From an uncultured delta proteobacterium (GTDB lineage Bacteria; Myxococcota_A; Polyangia; Polyangiales; Houyiibacteriaceae), in the NCBI GenBank assembly GCA_963699755.1, contig CAVOVB010000007.1, positions 64,001 through 128,000 on the forward strand: a stretch of DNA of 64,000 nucleotides, in the 5' to 3' direction. The notes below the pieces were generated by a model. The model was not told where the DNA came from. It made no database searches and was given only the letters and a program-made list of their open reading frames with translations. This document shows, piece after piece, positions 40,345 to 50,507 of this stretch. A program made the translations under genes and the position numbers. Within the stretch, counting starts at the first letter, position 1; each line of letters opens with the position of its first letter.

Positions 40345-41726
40345 CGATCGTGTTTACGGCTCTGCAGGTTCTCCTACTGGTTCCGATGGCCTGGTTCGTC
40401 GCGCGTTCGAGCACGCCGCGGACGGCTCGCCACCGAGCCAGCTACGCCATGGGTCTGGCGGGCATTCTTGCGCTGACCCAAATTGGATGGCGCGCTCTGG
40501 GCATCTCGATGCCAGCGCCGAACGCAGACTGGATTTCCATGGAAGACCCGCATTCCTGGGCTCCCGCGTTCTCTCTGATCACCTGCCTGATCGGTTACAC
40601 CGCGGTCGCCCTCAGCCCGATCAGCGGAACGCGTCCCAAGACGTTTGCGAGGATCTTGCTTCTCATTGCGGTCGCGTTGGTCTTCTTGGTGATTCGAAAC
40701 CCGATCGGGCTTGCCATCCTCTGGGGCGCTTCGGCGCTGCTCGTATGGCTCGAGCTGCGAGAGATGCGTGCGACTCAGACGACCGCAAGGCTCTTCGCCA
40801 TCTACCACATCCCGAGCGTGGTGGCGCTGGGCATTGGCGCCGTACTTCTCAGTCGAGGCCAGTCCGCTGTGGGGCTGGTGTTCCTGCTCATAGGCATCGG
40901 AATCCGCGAAGCGGTGATCCCGCTCCAGAGCTGGTTCCCGCCCTTCGTGCAATACGCACCCATGGGCCTGGTGGTTGCGTTCTTTGCTCCCCAGCTCGGT
41001 GTCTATGCGCACCTGGAGTTGCTCAAAGGCGAGCTCCCGCAGCAGCTAGCTCATGGTGTGGCAGCTCTTGGCGCGGTCACCGCAGTAGTCGCCGCGGGGC
41101 TGGGCATTGCGCAAACGGACGCGAGGCGTGCCCTCGGATTCCTGATCATCAGCCAGACGGGCCTCGTGGCCTTCGGCCTCGATGCGAGGTCTCCAGTTGC
41201 CCAGATCGGTGCATTGCTGACCTGGCAAGTGATCGGCCTGGCGACCGCTGGGTTCGCCATGACCCTGGCGTCACTCGAAGCCCGGCGGGGGAGCCTTTCG
41301 ATGCGGGTGCCAGCGGGCAGCTTCACCCGGACACCTCGCATGGCTGTTTCTTTTCTCTTCATGGGTTTCGCGAGCGTCGGTCTCCCGCTCACGCTCGGGT
41401 TCGTAGCCGAAGATCTGCTGGTACAGGGATCGGTCGACGAGTTCCCCTTGCTTGCCTTCGCGTTGATCGTGGCCACTGCGCTCAACGGCGTTTCGGTCAT
41501 GCGGGCCTTCTTCACGCTGTTCAGCGGTTCCGCGAAGCACATCGGAGAGCGCGATCTGACCAGGCGAGAAGCAGCGGTACTGACGGTATTGATGGCCACG
41601 CTGCTGATCACGGGGCTCTTTCCCGGTGGGACCGTACGCCGCCTCGAGGGAATCACCGAACCCCGACAAGCGCCCGCTACCCTCGTGGAGACTTCCGGCG
41701 TCTTGCGCGCCTTGCAACGGCCTTGA
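40341..41726 (+). CDS. Second Mrp/NuoM-like proton-conducting membrane subunit
   Basis: Many TM helices; IREAVIPLQSW, DARRALG, ASVGLPLTLGFVAEDLL; ATGA overlap with dabB. Confidence 0.85.
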   Translation: MTIVFTALQVLLLVPMAWFVARSSTPRTARHRASYAMGLAGILALTQIGWRALGISMPAPNADWISMEDPHSWAPAFSLITCLIGYTAVALSPISGTRPKTFARILLLIAVALVFLVIRNPIGLAILWGASALLVWLELREMRATQTTARLFAIYHIPSVVALGIGAVLLSRGQSAVGLVFLLIGIGIREAVIPLQSWFPPFVQYAPMGLVVAFFAPQLGVYAHLELLKGELPQQLAHGVAALGAVTAVVAAGLGIAQTDARRALGFLIISQTGLVAFGLDARSPVAQIGALLTWQVIGLATAGFAMTLASLEARRGSLSMRVPAGSFTRTPRMAVSFLFMGFASVGLPLTLGFVAEDLLVQGSVDEFPLLAFALIVATALNGVSVMRAFFTLFSGSAKHIGERDLTRREAAVLTVLMATLLITGLFPGGTVRRLEGITEPRQAPATLVETSGVLRALQRP

Positions 41727-42594
41727 ACACGCGCTGAAACATGGCGGCGTCTGCCGTCACGGGCTCGCGCTGGTCGTTCTTGTCACCCGACTCTGGATAC
41801 AGTCGGTAGGCGGCCTGGAGGATGCGATCGACGGCGTTCGGCGCAAGACCGTAGGCGAATTCGAAGAGGTTTCCGACCGGAGTGGCTACCCGCTTCGGCT
41901 GGTGAATGATGCCGTGCACCACGAGGTCGGCCGCCTCTTCGGCACTCCTCATGGGGAACGAGTCATAGATGGTCGTCGATTCCATCATTGGCGTCTTGAC
42001 GAGAGGCATGTAGATCGTCGTCACCTTGACCCCATCCTGCAGCGCTTCCACGGCCAGCACCCGGCTGAAGGCGTCGAGCGCGGCCTTGCTGGCGATGTAG
42101 GCCCCGTAACGCGGAACGTTCACTTGAACACCGATGGTCGACACGTTGAGGATCTGCCCGTTTCGCTGCGCGCGCATACCCGGAACGAAACCCATGATCA
42201 GGCGTACCGCGCCAAGGAAATTGAGCGCGAGCGTCCGCTCGAAGTCGTGCACGCGCTCGTACGACTTCTCTACACTTCGGCGAATCGAAATGCCTGCGTT
42301 GTTGACCAAAATGTCGATCTGCCCGTGCTCTGCGAGGATCGTGCCGATGAGGCGCTCGGTATCTTCAGCATTCGAAAGGTCGGCCGGATAGACGAATGCC
42401 GAGCCTCCTCGAGCCTCGATGCTCTGCTTGATCTCAGCAAGCTTGTCGGCGGAGCGGGCAATCAGCAGGACCTTGGCACCTGCCTCTCCCAATCGCATGG
42501 CGAGCGCTTCCCCAATCCCGCTCGAAGCCCCAGTGATGACCACAGAGCGCCCGGATACCCGTTCGCGCAACGCCTTCTCGTCGGTGTCAGTCAC
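41677..42594 (-). CDS. SDR, fatty acyl-CoA reductase (Acr1-like)
   Basis: ITGASSGIG, LVNNAGISIRR, HDFERT, YIASK, YMPLVKTPM. Confidence 0.85.
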   Translation of the reverse strand: MTDTDEKALRERVSGRSVVITGASSGIGEALAMRLGEAGAKVLLIARSADKLAEIKQSIEARGGSAFVYPADLSNAEDTERLIGTILAEHGQIDILVNNAGISIRRSVEKSYERVHDFERTLALNFLGAVRLIMGFVPGMRAQRNGQILNVSTIGVQVNVPRYGAYIASKAALDAFSRVLAVEALQDGVKVTTIYMPLVKTPMMESTTIYDSFPMRSAEEAADLVVHGIIHQPKRVATPVGNLFEFAYGLAPNAVDRILQAAYRLYPESGDKNDQREPVTADAAMFQRVFKAVARRARRRKSPRG

Positions 42595-42667
42595 CGCCTA
42601 ATGGTAGCCGAACCGACCCGACCCACGACGGAAAACATCGGCAAATCGTCGAGCTCGCGCTCGGCTC

Positions 42668-44383
42668 TCAGGGCAAGCGTCGCTGCTCGTCGGGGAGGTC
42701 GAGCGCAAGGGTGCCACCTGGGTTTAGCACGTTCCGCGGATCGAAGTGCCGCTTGAGGGCGCGGAAGACCTCGAGCTCATTGGTTCCGATCTGGCCCTCG
42801 AGCCAGGGAGCGGTCATCTTCCCGATACCGTGGTGGTGGCTCATTGTCGCGCCGGACGCCTGGACGGCGTCGAGGATGCCGCGGTGGAACTCCAGAAACT
42901 CCTGATGCCCCATCTTCGCGATGAAGATGAAATACAAATTCGCACCCTGCGGGTAGCAGTGAGACATGTGCGTCATGCAGACGGTCTGCGGGCGGCTCTT
43001 CACATAGGCGCGCACCTGCTCATGCACTTTCGGAAGCTCTTCCCAGTTGGTCGCGCACTCGAGCGTATCGATCAGAATGCCATAGTCCTGCAAGTCCTCC
43101 CGCATGTAAGGATCGGCAAATCGTCCGTGCTCCCACTTCTTGGTGATGAAGCCGGTCGTGTACATCCCGCCTTGCGCTTTGCAAACCTGGCGGAGGCGGC
43201 GCTTGACCATCGCCGTGTAGGCACGATCGCCGTCGACGGTGCCTAGCATCAGGCATCGCTCTCCCTTCTTGAAGCCTCGTAGGCTCACGATGGTGTCGAT
43301 GGGCGTGCCTTCCACACCGTACAGCTTGAACGCAACGTCGGTCTCCTCTGGATCAGACAAGCGAAAAACCGAAGGAAAGCCGAACTCGCCCTGCATGATC
43401 TCGCGCACGGCCGTCGTCCCACTGTTCCAGTTCGGAAATATGAAGCTGAATCGCCGCGTATTCTCCGGCTGATAGCGAAAGATCTTCAAGGTCACCGAGA
43501 CCAGGATTCCGTAGGCGCCTTCACTGCCGATCATGATTTGGTCGAGGTTCGGTCCGGTGGCGTAGGCAGGGACATCGACGGTTTTGATCGTGCCTGCCGG
43601 CGTGATGTACTCCTGGCTGAGAACCAGGTCCTCAGCCTTGCCGTAGTAAGTCGAATTCTGCCCCGCTCCACGCGTGACCACCCAGCCGCCGGCCGACGAA
43701 AACTCGAACGACTGCGGAAAATGACCGCAGGTGTACGCGTGTGGCGCGTCGAATCGCTCGCGCGCACAGTTGAGCGCCGCTTCGAGCTCCGGCCCGAGGA
43801 TGCCGGGCTCCACCGTGACCGTTTGGTTGACCGCGTTGAGCGAGAGCACGCGCTTCATGTGAATGCCGAGGTGAATCGAAACTCCACCTTTGACGCACTC
43901 GGTGCCGCGGGTCACGCTCGAGCCCGCGCCGTAGGTGTACAGGGGAATCTCCTGCTCGTGACAGCAGCGAACGATCTTCTCGACGTCGTCGCGGTCGCGA
44001 GGATGGAGGACCAGGTCCGGAAGGTTCTCCACCTTGTGCTCACGAAGGCGGAGCGCGTCGATCATCGTCTTCCCGTAAGATGCGCGGAGCCTCGCATAGA
44101 CATCGTCAGTCACGTTCTCATCGCCAAGCAACTCGCGGAACAAGCTCACCTGCTCGGAGCTGAGCGCAATCGAAGCGTCTGCCGTGACCTCTTCGAGGCC
44201 GAGGTTCTGCGGCTTCTCGAAGTGATCGTCGCCGAGGTCAAACGTCTCCTTCATCAAGGCGTAGAGGCGCTGATTCGGGTGCTTGTAAGCCTCGGGGGCT
44301 CCCCACTTGAACGCCGAACGATAGGAACGCTTCGGGAGGGCTCCCTCGAACCACTGCGGAGTGAAGGACTCTCTATCCGTCAT
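42668..44383 (-). CDS. FAD-linked alkylglycerone-phosphate synthase (AGPS)-like protein
   Basis: GAGSSVT, GHFPQSFEFSSAGGWVVTRGAGQ, GSEG, RLSDPEET, DTLE, SHCY, SHHHGIGK, LNPG. Confidence 0.85.
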   Translation of the reverse strand: MTDRESFTPQWFEGALPKRSYRSAFKWGAPEAYKHPNQRLYALMKETFDLGDDHFEKPQNLGLEEVTADASIALSSEQVSLFRELLGDENVTDDVYARLRASYGKTMIDALRLREHKVENLPDLVLHPRDRDDVEKIVRCCHEQEIPLYTYGAGSSVTRGTECVKGGVSIHLGIHMKRVLSLNAVNQTVTVEPGILGPELEAALNCARERFDAPHAYTCGHFPQSFEFSSAGGWVVTRGAGQNSTYYGKAEDLVLSQEYITPAGTIKTVDVPAYATGPNLDQIMIGSEGAYGILVSVTLKIFRYQPENTRRFSFIFPNWNSGTTAVREIMQGEFGFPSVFRLSDPEETDVAFKLYGVEGTPIDTIVSLRGFKKGERCLMLGTVDGDRAYTAMVKRRLRQVCKAQGGMYTTGFITKKWEHGRFADPYMREDLQDYGILIDTLECATNWEELPKVHEQVRAYVKSRPQTVCMTHMSHCYPQGANLYFIFIAKMGHQEFLEFHRGILDAVQASGATMSHHHGIGKMTAPWLEGQIGTNELEVFRALKRHFDPRNVLNPGGTLALDLPDEQRRLP

Positions 44384-45561
44384 GTCTTCTGCCTTTCCGT
44401 CGTTTGGACCGGCATGTCCCACGGAGTGCCCATCAGCGCCAGCTTCATCCTCTGCAGCTTCGAGAGCTGGATACGATGGGGTCGAAGGGGAAGCTCGTGC
44501 TCCTCCATGAGCCCCGAGTCGAGCCCTTCGATGAGCTCGAGCGAACCGTAGGGACGGAGCAAGTCGTCGACGGCTTGCCGATCGGGCTTGCTGAGGCTCC
44601 GATACTCCTTCTGCAGAACTTCGAGGCAATAGACGCGGTAACGCACCACCTTGAGATTGCGATAGGTGACGCCATGCGCCTCGTGGTCCACGCGCGACTT
44701 CCCAGCCATCCATGCGCGCGCGGATCGGAGCAGGAACGGCCAGTAGCTCTGCGCGATGTCACGAAGGAAGTAGTTCCAACCCGGTTGCGAGAAATCGCTC
44801 ACAATGGGCTCCCGCCCAAGGCGATGCGCCCGCGCGTTCCAGACCCGTCCGACCCATGCGTAGACGGCCGGTGCTCGCTCCTCCATCACACGACTCGGTG
44901 TCGGATCCTGGGCATAGTGACGGAACATCGGCCCGAACAATCCGATGTCGACCAGGGTCGGATGGCTGCCGAGCAGATACGGTTGCTCTTCGAGAAGCTC
45001 GCTCATCGCATCCAGAAGATCCAGGTATTGCTGCTTCACCTGCGGCTCGGTTTCCGGGCTGACGCCATCGCCGCGCAGGTAGGTCGCCATTTGCCGGCGC
45101 CCGAAGTACCAGCCCGCAAGCCATTTGGGCGCGGGGAAATCGCCTAGCACCTCGTGACCGATCCGCCTCATCAGCAGCTTACGGGATTCGATCGGCTGCC
45201 AGCGCCAATAGAGCGCCGCCCGCCAACACCATTCGTCGGCATAGTCCTCGATCAGCTTCGACATGAAACGAAGGACCGGGTCGCGAGGGATCACCGGGAA
45301 CTCGGGATACGCCGACTCGAGCCAGTCGATCATTGGCGTCGTGTCCTTGAGCCATTGCCCGTTGGCCAGACGCAGGACTGGCACCTTCATCAGCCCGGTG
45401 GCGGGGAGGATTTCGTCTCGCAGGATCTTCACATCGACGACCCGGCGGTCGTATGGGATCTCCTTGTAGCGCAGGTAAGCCTCCATCTTGCCGCTGAAGT
45501 ACGACATGTCAGCGACGTAGGCGGTGATCGGCTCCCAATCGGGATGTCGTGACTCGGACAC
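44380..45561 (-). CDS. Glutathione S-transferase family protein
   Basis: SYFSGKMEAYLRYK, KVPV, DTTPMI, EDYADEW, YLLGSHPTLVD; GTG start after GAGGA. Confidence 0.88.
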   Translation of the reverse strand: MSESRHPDWEPITAYVADMSYFSGKMEAYLRYKEIPYDRRVVDVKILRDEILPATGLMKVPVLRLANGQWLKDTTPMIDWLESAYPEFPVIPRDPVLRFMSKLIEDYADEWCWRAALYWRWQPIESRKLLMRRIGHEVLGDFPAPKWLAGWYFGRRQMATYLRGDGVSPETEPQVKQQYLDLLDAMSELLEEQPYLLGSHPTLVDIGLFGPMFRHYAQDPTPSRVMEERAPAVYAWVGRVWNARAHRLGREPIVSDFSQPGWNYFLRDIAQSYWPFLLRSARAWMAGKSRVDHEAHGVTYRNLKVVRYRVYCLEVLQKEYRSLSKPDRQAVDDLLRPYGSLELIEGLDSGLMEEHELPLRPHRIQLSKLQRMKLALMGTPWDMPVQTTERQKT

Positions 45562-45666
45562 AATGGGTTCCTCAGGATTCTCCGGATCAAATCTTTGGCG
45601 GCACAAGTACCATGTCACAGGACCGGCCGACGCTCACGTTGGGGCGCCAACTTGAAGGAGAGCCAA

Positions 45667-46115
45667 ATGAACGGCAGAGAAATCGCCTCGATCAGCGGTG
45701 CCTCGATGGGCATCGGGAAAGAGCTCGCGAAGATCTCCGCGGCGGACGGTCGCGACTACTCGGTCAACAACGCTGGCTTCGGAGCGAACGGCGCCTGCGC
45801 AGAGCTTTCGCTTCGGTCGTAGATGGATCCGAGGGGATCGCTGAAGAGGTCAAGGGCGCAGGCGTCACCGTGACGGCCCATTGCCCTGGTGCGGCGGCCA
45901 CGAACTTCGCTGGCACGGCGGGCAACGACATGAGCATCCTTTTCAAGCTCGGGGCCGCGCCGGCGGACAAGGTCGCCCGACATGCCTACCGTTCCATGAT
46001 GAAGGGAAAAGCCGTCGGCATCGAAGGCTTGATGAACTGGCTCGCGGCCTTCAGCATCCGATTCAGCCCCCAAGCCCTAGTTCGAAAGATGACTCGCTGG
46101 ATGAATCAGACATGA
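45667..46115 (+). pseudogene. SDR oxidoreductase with internal deletions
   Basis: GAAGGAG RBS; ISGASMGIG joined almost directly to VNNAGFG; stop at 45820-45822; other frame resumes EGIAEEVKGAGVTVTAHCPG; YxxxK absent. Confidence 0.8.
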
Positions 46116-46819
46116 TGAGAACCGGAGTTCTGACCGTAGCTGGGACGCTGTCCCTTTTCCTCGTCACCTCGTTTGCGTCAGCGCAGGGAGCCTGGTCGTA
46201 CGAACCGACTCCAAGCTCGCCCTACACGAGCAGCCCGATCGAACAGTACCGGCCGCCGTCATCGGCTAGGCAGCAAGCCATGCACCGGGGCTACCTGGGC
46301 TCCTTCAGTCTGGGCGTCCCGGTTTGGTTGAGGGGCGACGGAGACGTGGTGCGGCCAGGCGCGGACCTGGATTTCTTTGGTGGCTTCGACATGGGCTACG
46401 TGGCTTTCGGCCTCGGGCTTGGGGCGATGTGGACACCGATCAACTTCTACAACATCCCCGGGATCGGGGCGGGCTACGACCGTCGGCCGATGACCCGGCT
46501 CTATCTCGCGCCGGAGTTTCGGGTTCAGGCGCCCAACAAGAGCTCGCTCCTGCCGTACGTCGGCATCACCTTCGATTCGAACTGGTGGCGCCTGAGGGAA
46601 ACCGACATCGTCTGTGGAAGCGCGTATTACTACTACTGCGCGCGGACCTCGGTCTTCCGCTTCACCCCTGGAATGACCGCGAAGCTCGGCTTGGCCATCC
46701 GCGTCGCGACCGGAAGCCACATCGACATTGGTGTGAAGTACTCGCTGACCGGCCCCGGGAGTTTCTTCTTCCGACGTGAGCAGTGGATCACCCCATACAT
46801 TGGCATGCTCTTTCGCTGA
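46112..46819 (+). CDS. Small outer-membrane beta-barrel-like protein
   Basis: Signal peptide ending ASA-Q; LPYVG strand; aromatic-rich terminal strand. Confidence 0.7.
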   Translation: MMRTGVLTVAGTLSLFLVTSFASAQGAWSYEPTPSSPYTSSPIEQYRPPSSARQQAMHRGYLGSFSLGVPVWLRGDGDVVRPGADLDFFGGFDMGYVAFGLGLGAMWTPINFYNIPGIGAGYDRRPMTRLYLAPEFRVQAPNKSSLLPYVGITFDSNWWRLRETDIVCGSAYYYYCARTSVFRFTPGMTAKLGLAIRVATGSHIDIGVKYSLTGPGSFFFRREQWITPYIGMLFR

Positions 46820-46830
46820 GGCCAATCGCA

Positions 46831-48039
46831 CTAGACGTACTTCTTGAGCTCTAGCCGCGCGACCATGCCGCGGTGCACTTCGTCTGGCCCATCTGCGATG
46901 CGAAGGGCGCGCGCCATGGCCAGTAGCCGGGTGAGCTCGAGATCGGACATACCCTCACCACCGTGGATCTGAATCGCCGCATCGACCACCGATTGCAGAA
47001 CATTTGGGGCGATGACCTTGATCGCGGAAATGTCGACCAGCGCGCCGAAGGTGCCCATCGTGTCGAGCGCCCAGGCGGCTTTCATGGTCAAGAGACGTGC
47101 CTGATCGATCGCCATGCGCGAGTTCGCAATGATATCGCGGTTGCCGCCCAGGTTCGAGAGCGGCTTGCCGAAAGCGACCCGAAGCACGGCCCGCTGACAA
47201 AGACGCTCGAGCGCCCGCTCCGCTGCACCGATCGCGCGCATGCAGTGATGGATTCGCCCTGGACCCAAGCGGCCCTGGGCGATCTCGAAACCTCGCCCGG
47301 GGCCGGCAATGATGGCGCTCGCCGGGAGTCGCACGTCCTCGAAGAGGACCTCTGCGTGACCATGCGGCTCGTCGGGATGGCCAAAGACGGGCAACATGCG
47401 CAAGACCTTCACGCCGGGGGCGTCGACCGGCACCAGAACCATGGAATGACGTTCGTGCCGACCGGCGTTCGGATCGGTGACGCCCATGAAGATGTAAAAT
47501 CCGCAGCGCGGGTCACCCGCACCGCTGGTCCACCACTTCTGACCGTTGAGCACGACCTCGTCGCCGACGACCTCGCAAGTCGCCTGCATGTTCGTCGCGT
47601 CGCTCGACGCGACGGCGGGCTCGGTCATCGCAAACGCGGAGCGGATTTCGCCAGCGAGCAGCGGCTCGAGCCACTGCTTCTTCTGCCCTTCGGAACCGTA
47701 CTTGACCAGGACCTCGGCGTTGCCGGTGTCGGGCGCGCTGCAGTTGAAGACCTCCGGCGCCAGAAAGCTTCGCCCCGTGATCTCGGCCACCGGAGCGTAG
47801 TCACGGTTGTCGAGACCGGCGCCGTACTTCTGGTCCGGCAGGAAGAGGTTCCAGAGCCCCAGCTCCTTCGCCTCCGCCTTCAACTCCTCGACGATCGCGG
47901 GAATCTTCCACTCTCTCCAGTCGTCGGTGCCCACCAGCTGGTCGAGATAGGTCTGCTCGTTGGGCACGATGCGCTCGCGGACGAAGCGCTCCGCCTGCGC
48001 CATCACGTTCCGAGCCCGCTCTGAATGCGTGAAATCCAT
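46831..48039 (-). CDS. Acyl-CoA dehydrogenase (ACAD10/11-like)
   Basis: [52 protein letters not shown]. Confidence 0.95.
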   Translation of the reverse strand: MDFTHSERARNVMAQAERFVRERIVPNEQTYLDQLVGTDDWREWKIPAIVEELKAEAKELGLWNLFLPDQKYGAGLDNRDYAPVAEITGRSFLAPEVFNCSAPDTGNAEVLVKYGSEGQKKQWLEPLLAGEIRSAFAMTEPAVASSDATNMQATCEVVGDEVVLNGQKWWTSGAGDPRCGFYIFMGVTDPNAGRHERHSMVLVPVDAPGVKVLRMLPVFGHPDEPHGHAEVLFEDVRLPASAIIAGPGRGFEIAQGRLGPGRIHHCMRAIGAAERALERLCQRAVLRVAFGKPLSNLGGNRDIIANSRMAIDQARLLTMKAAWALDTMGTFGALVDISAIKVIAPNVLQSVVDAAIQIHGGEGMSDLELTRLLAMARALRIADGPDEVHRGMVARLELKKYV

Positions 48040-48132
48040 ATTTCGTCTTGATACCGCATGCAAAGGAACAATTCACGCGGGAACTGCCCAGTTGCGGTGC
48101 TAGGTTTCTCCGGACCGAAGCAGGCGAAGAGC

Positions 48133-49917
48133 ATGGCAGCACAAGGCAACCCTCTGATCGACGACGGCCTCGTCGATTTCATCCTCTACTCGGTTCTCGA
48201 TGCCGAGTCCCTTTGCGAGCTCGAGGTCTATCGGCAGCACTCCAAGGAGACCTTCGACCTCTACATCGACAGCGTGCGCCGATTCTCCAGACGGGATCTA
48301 CTTCCCACATACAAGCCGATGGACGAAGAGCCTCCGGTCTTTCGCGACGGGCGCATCCATACCCATCCTGCACTTCCAGGGCTCTATGAGCAGATGATCG
48401 ATCTGGGCGTGCTCACCGCTACGCGCCCCGAATCGGTCGGCGGCCAGCAGATGCCGATGCTCATCCATACGATGGCAAGCGCCTACCTGATGGCCGCCAA
48501 CCTCAGCGCATATGGCTACATCGGCCTCACGCTGGGTGCGGGACACCTGATTGAAGCCTTTGGCAGCGACGAGCTCAAAGAGCGCTTCATGACCAAGATG
48601 TACGCCGGCGACTGGACGGGCACGATGGCGCTGACCGAGCCGCAGGCGGGAAGCAGCTTGGCCGACATCAGCACCACGGCAAAGCCCACGGACGATGGTC
48701 ACTACCTCATCAAGGGCAGCAAGATCTTCATTTCGGGCGCGGACCACCAAATCGGGGAAAACGTCGTCAATCTCGCCCTCGCTCGAATCGAGGGCGCACC
48801 TGAAGGTACGAAGGGCATCTCGCTCTTCGCAATCCCGAGGCTTCGCCAGGAGGGAGGCGAGCTCGTATCAAACGATGTGACGATCGCGGGAATGATCCAC
48901 AAGATCGGCTGGAGGGGACTGCCGAGCCTGGCTCTGGAGTTTGGCGACGAGGGTGACTGTCACGGCTGGCTCGTCGGAGAGCCCAATCGAGGCCTGCGCT
49001 GCATGTTTCAGATGATGAACGAGGCCCGGATCATGGTCGGCGTCAACGGATTCGCCACGGCTTCGGTCGCCTATCACGAGTCGCGGCTTTACGCGCTGGA
49101 CCGGAAGCAGGGGCGGGCCTTCGGCCAACGTGGCGGCGAGCAGGCTTGCATCATCGAGCACGCAGACGTTCGGCGCATGCTCCTGCGCCAAAAGGCCATC
49201 GTCGAGGGGAGCTTGGCCTTGCTTGGCGCCGTCTCTCTCTACGCGGACCTCGCTGCACATGGAGCTTCGGAAGAGGAACGGGACCGCGCGGACCTGCTGC
49301 TCAATTTGCTCACGCCGGTCGCCAAGACCTTTCCGGCCGAGCGCGGCTTCGAGGCCAACGTGCTCGCCATTCAAATTCACGGCGGCTACGGTTACACGAG
49401 CGAGTACCTACCCGAAGCATACATGCGCGATCAGAAGCTCAACACACTCCATGAAGGGACCAACGGGATCCAGAGCATGGACCTGCTCGGCCGCAAGGTG
49501 ATGACCAAAGGCGGAGCCCCGCTCCGGGCCCTAGCCGAAGAGATCGGCCGTAGCATCGCTCGCGCGCGAGAGGCCCAGTGCGATTCGGAGCTTTGCGTGG
49601 CGCTCGAAGAAGCGGTCGCAACGGTCGGGGCAGTCACCATCGAGCTTGCCCAGCGCGGCATGGCAGGCGACGCCGATGGGATGCTCGGCCATAGCTGGGA
49701 CTATCTCGACATGTTCGCCACGCTGGTCATCGGCTGGCAGTGGCTCAACATGGCCGCGGCAGCAAAGACAGCGTCGATTTCGGAGGCGCGCAGGCGAGCG
49801 ACGGATGCGGCAACGCAGTACTGGATTCGCACCGAAATCCCGCGCATTGCGCTGCTCGCAAACCTGTGTCGCACGAACGAGGATTCGTACATCAGAGCGG
49901 AAGCCGATTGGTTCTGA
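48133..49917 (+). CDS. Acyl-CoA dehydrogenase (long type)
   Basis: GTMALTEPQAGSSL, KIFISG, MFQMMNEAR, QIHGGYGY, HEGTNGIQ. Confidence 0.95.
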   Translation: MAAQGNPLIDDGLVDFILYSVLDAESLCELEVYRQHSKETFDLYIDSVRRFSRRDLLPTYKPMDEEPPVFRDGRIHTHPALPGLYEQMIDLGVLTATRPESVGGQQMPMLIHTMASAYLMAANLSAYGYIGLTLGAGHLIEAFGSDELKERFMTKMYAGDWTGTMALTEPQAGSSLADISTTAKPTDDGHYLIKGSKIFISGADHQIGENVVNLALARIEGAPEGTKGISLFAIPRLRQEGGELVSNDVTIAGMIHKIGWRGLPSLALEFGDEGDCHGWLVGEPNRGLRCMFQMMNEARIMVGVNGFATASVAYHESRLYALDRKQGRAFGQRGGEQACIIEHADVRRMLLRQKAIVEGSLALLGAVSLYADLAAHGASEEERDRADLLLNLLTPVAKTFPAERGFEANVLAIQIHGGYGYTSEYLPEAYMRDQKLNTLHEGTNGIQSMDLLGRKVMTKGGAPLRALAEEIGRSIARAREAQCDSELCVALEEAVATVGAVTIELAQRGMAGDADGMLGHSWDYLDMFATLVIGWQWLNMAAAAKTASISEARRRATDAATQYWIRTEIPRIALLANLCRTNEDSYIRAEADWF

Positions 49918-49920
49918 CTC

Positions 49921-50382
49921 TCAGCGTGACTTCTTCTCCGTAATCTTGCGGCGACAGACCTTGTTGATGAGTCGGAGCTCTTCGATCTTCTCTTCGATTT
50001 GCCGCTTCTTGGTTTCGAGCTCGGCGATCATCTCCGCACTTCGCGCCGCCGAAATCTCGAGTTGCTTCAGGCGTCCCTCACCCTGGTTGCCGTAGAGGTC
50101 CAAGTAGTCCTTGGTTTCCCCGAGGCTGTAGCCGAGAGACTTGGCGCGAACGATGATGTGAAGGCGTGCCCGATCGCGGCGCGAGTAGATTCGAGCTCCG
50201 CTCAGTCTCTTCGGTGACAGAAGCCCCTTGGACTCGTAGAAGCGGATCGCCCGGTGGGTAATGCCGAACTCATCGGCAAGCTCGGATATCGAGAAGAAAT
50301 CGGGCGCTTCGCCCTCACCGTGTGCCTGGACGAATGCCTTTGCCCCGTCGTCCCGGGCAGTGGTCTTCGATGGCGCGGTCAT
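49921..50382 (-). CDS. liuR: MerR-family regulator, LiuR-like
   Basis: FSISELADEFGITHRAIRFYESKGLLSP, RIYSRRDRARL, LDLY; adjacent LiuR-type box; start uncertain. Confidence 0.8.
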   Translation of the reverse strand: MTAPSKTTARDDGAKAFVQAHGEGEAPDFFSISELADEFGITHRAIRFYESKGLLSPKRLSGARIYSRRDRARLHIIVRAKSLGYSLGETKDYLDLYGNQGEGRLKQLEISAARSAEMIAELETKKRQIEEKIEELRLINKVCRRKITEKKSR

Positions 50383-50445
50383 CCAGGCGGACAATAGCGC
50401 TATGCGCTTTCCACATCAAGAGTTGAGTTACGTCTATCGTCATTA

Positions 50446-50463
50446 CTTGACGTTAACGTAAAG
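50446..50463. promoter_or_regulatory. LiuR-type palindromic operator
   Basis: CTTGACGTTAACGTAAAG, close to the LiuR consensus sTTTACGTwwACGTAAAs. Confidence 0.8.
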
Positions 50464-50507
50464 ATAGCTTAGGAGTGCAGCGTAGCTCTGGAAGCTGGAG
50501 GAAGCAG

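Noticed and set aside
38980..41726. Respiratory complex I or Mrp antiporter operon
   Set aside because: No other nuo or mrp subunits; direct coupling to DUF2309 indicates a DAB-type system.
44384..44713. N-terminal extension of the AGPS-like ORF
   Set aside because: Overlaps the GST gene; the ATGA junction points to 44383.
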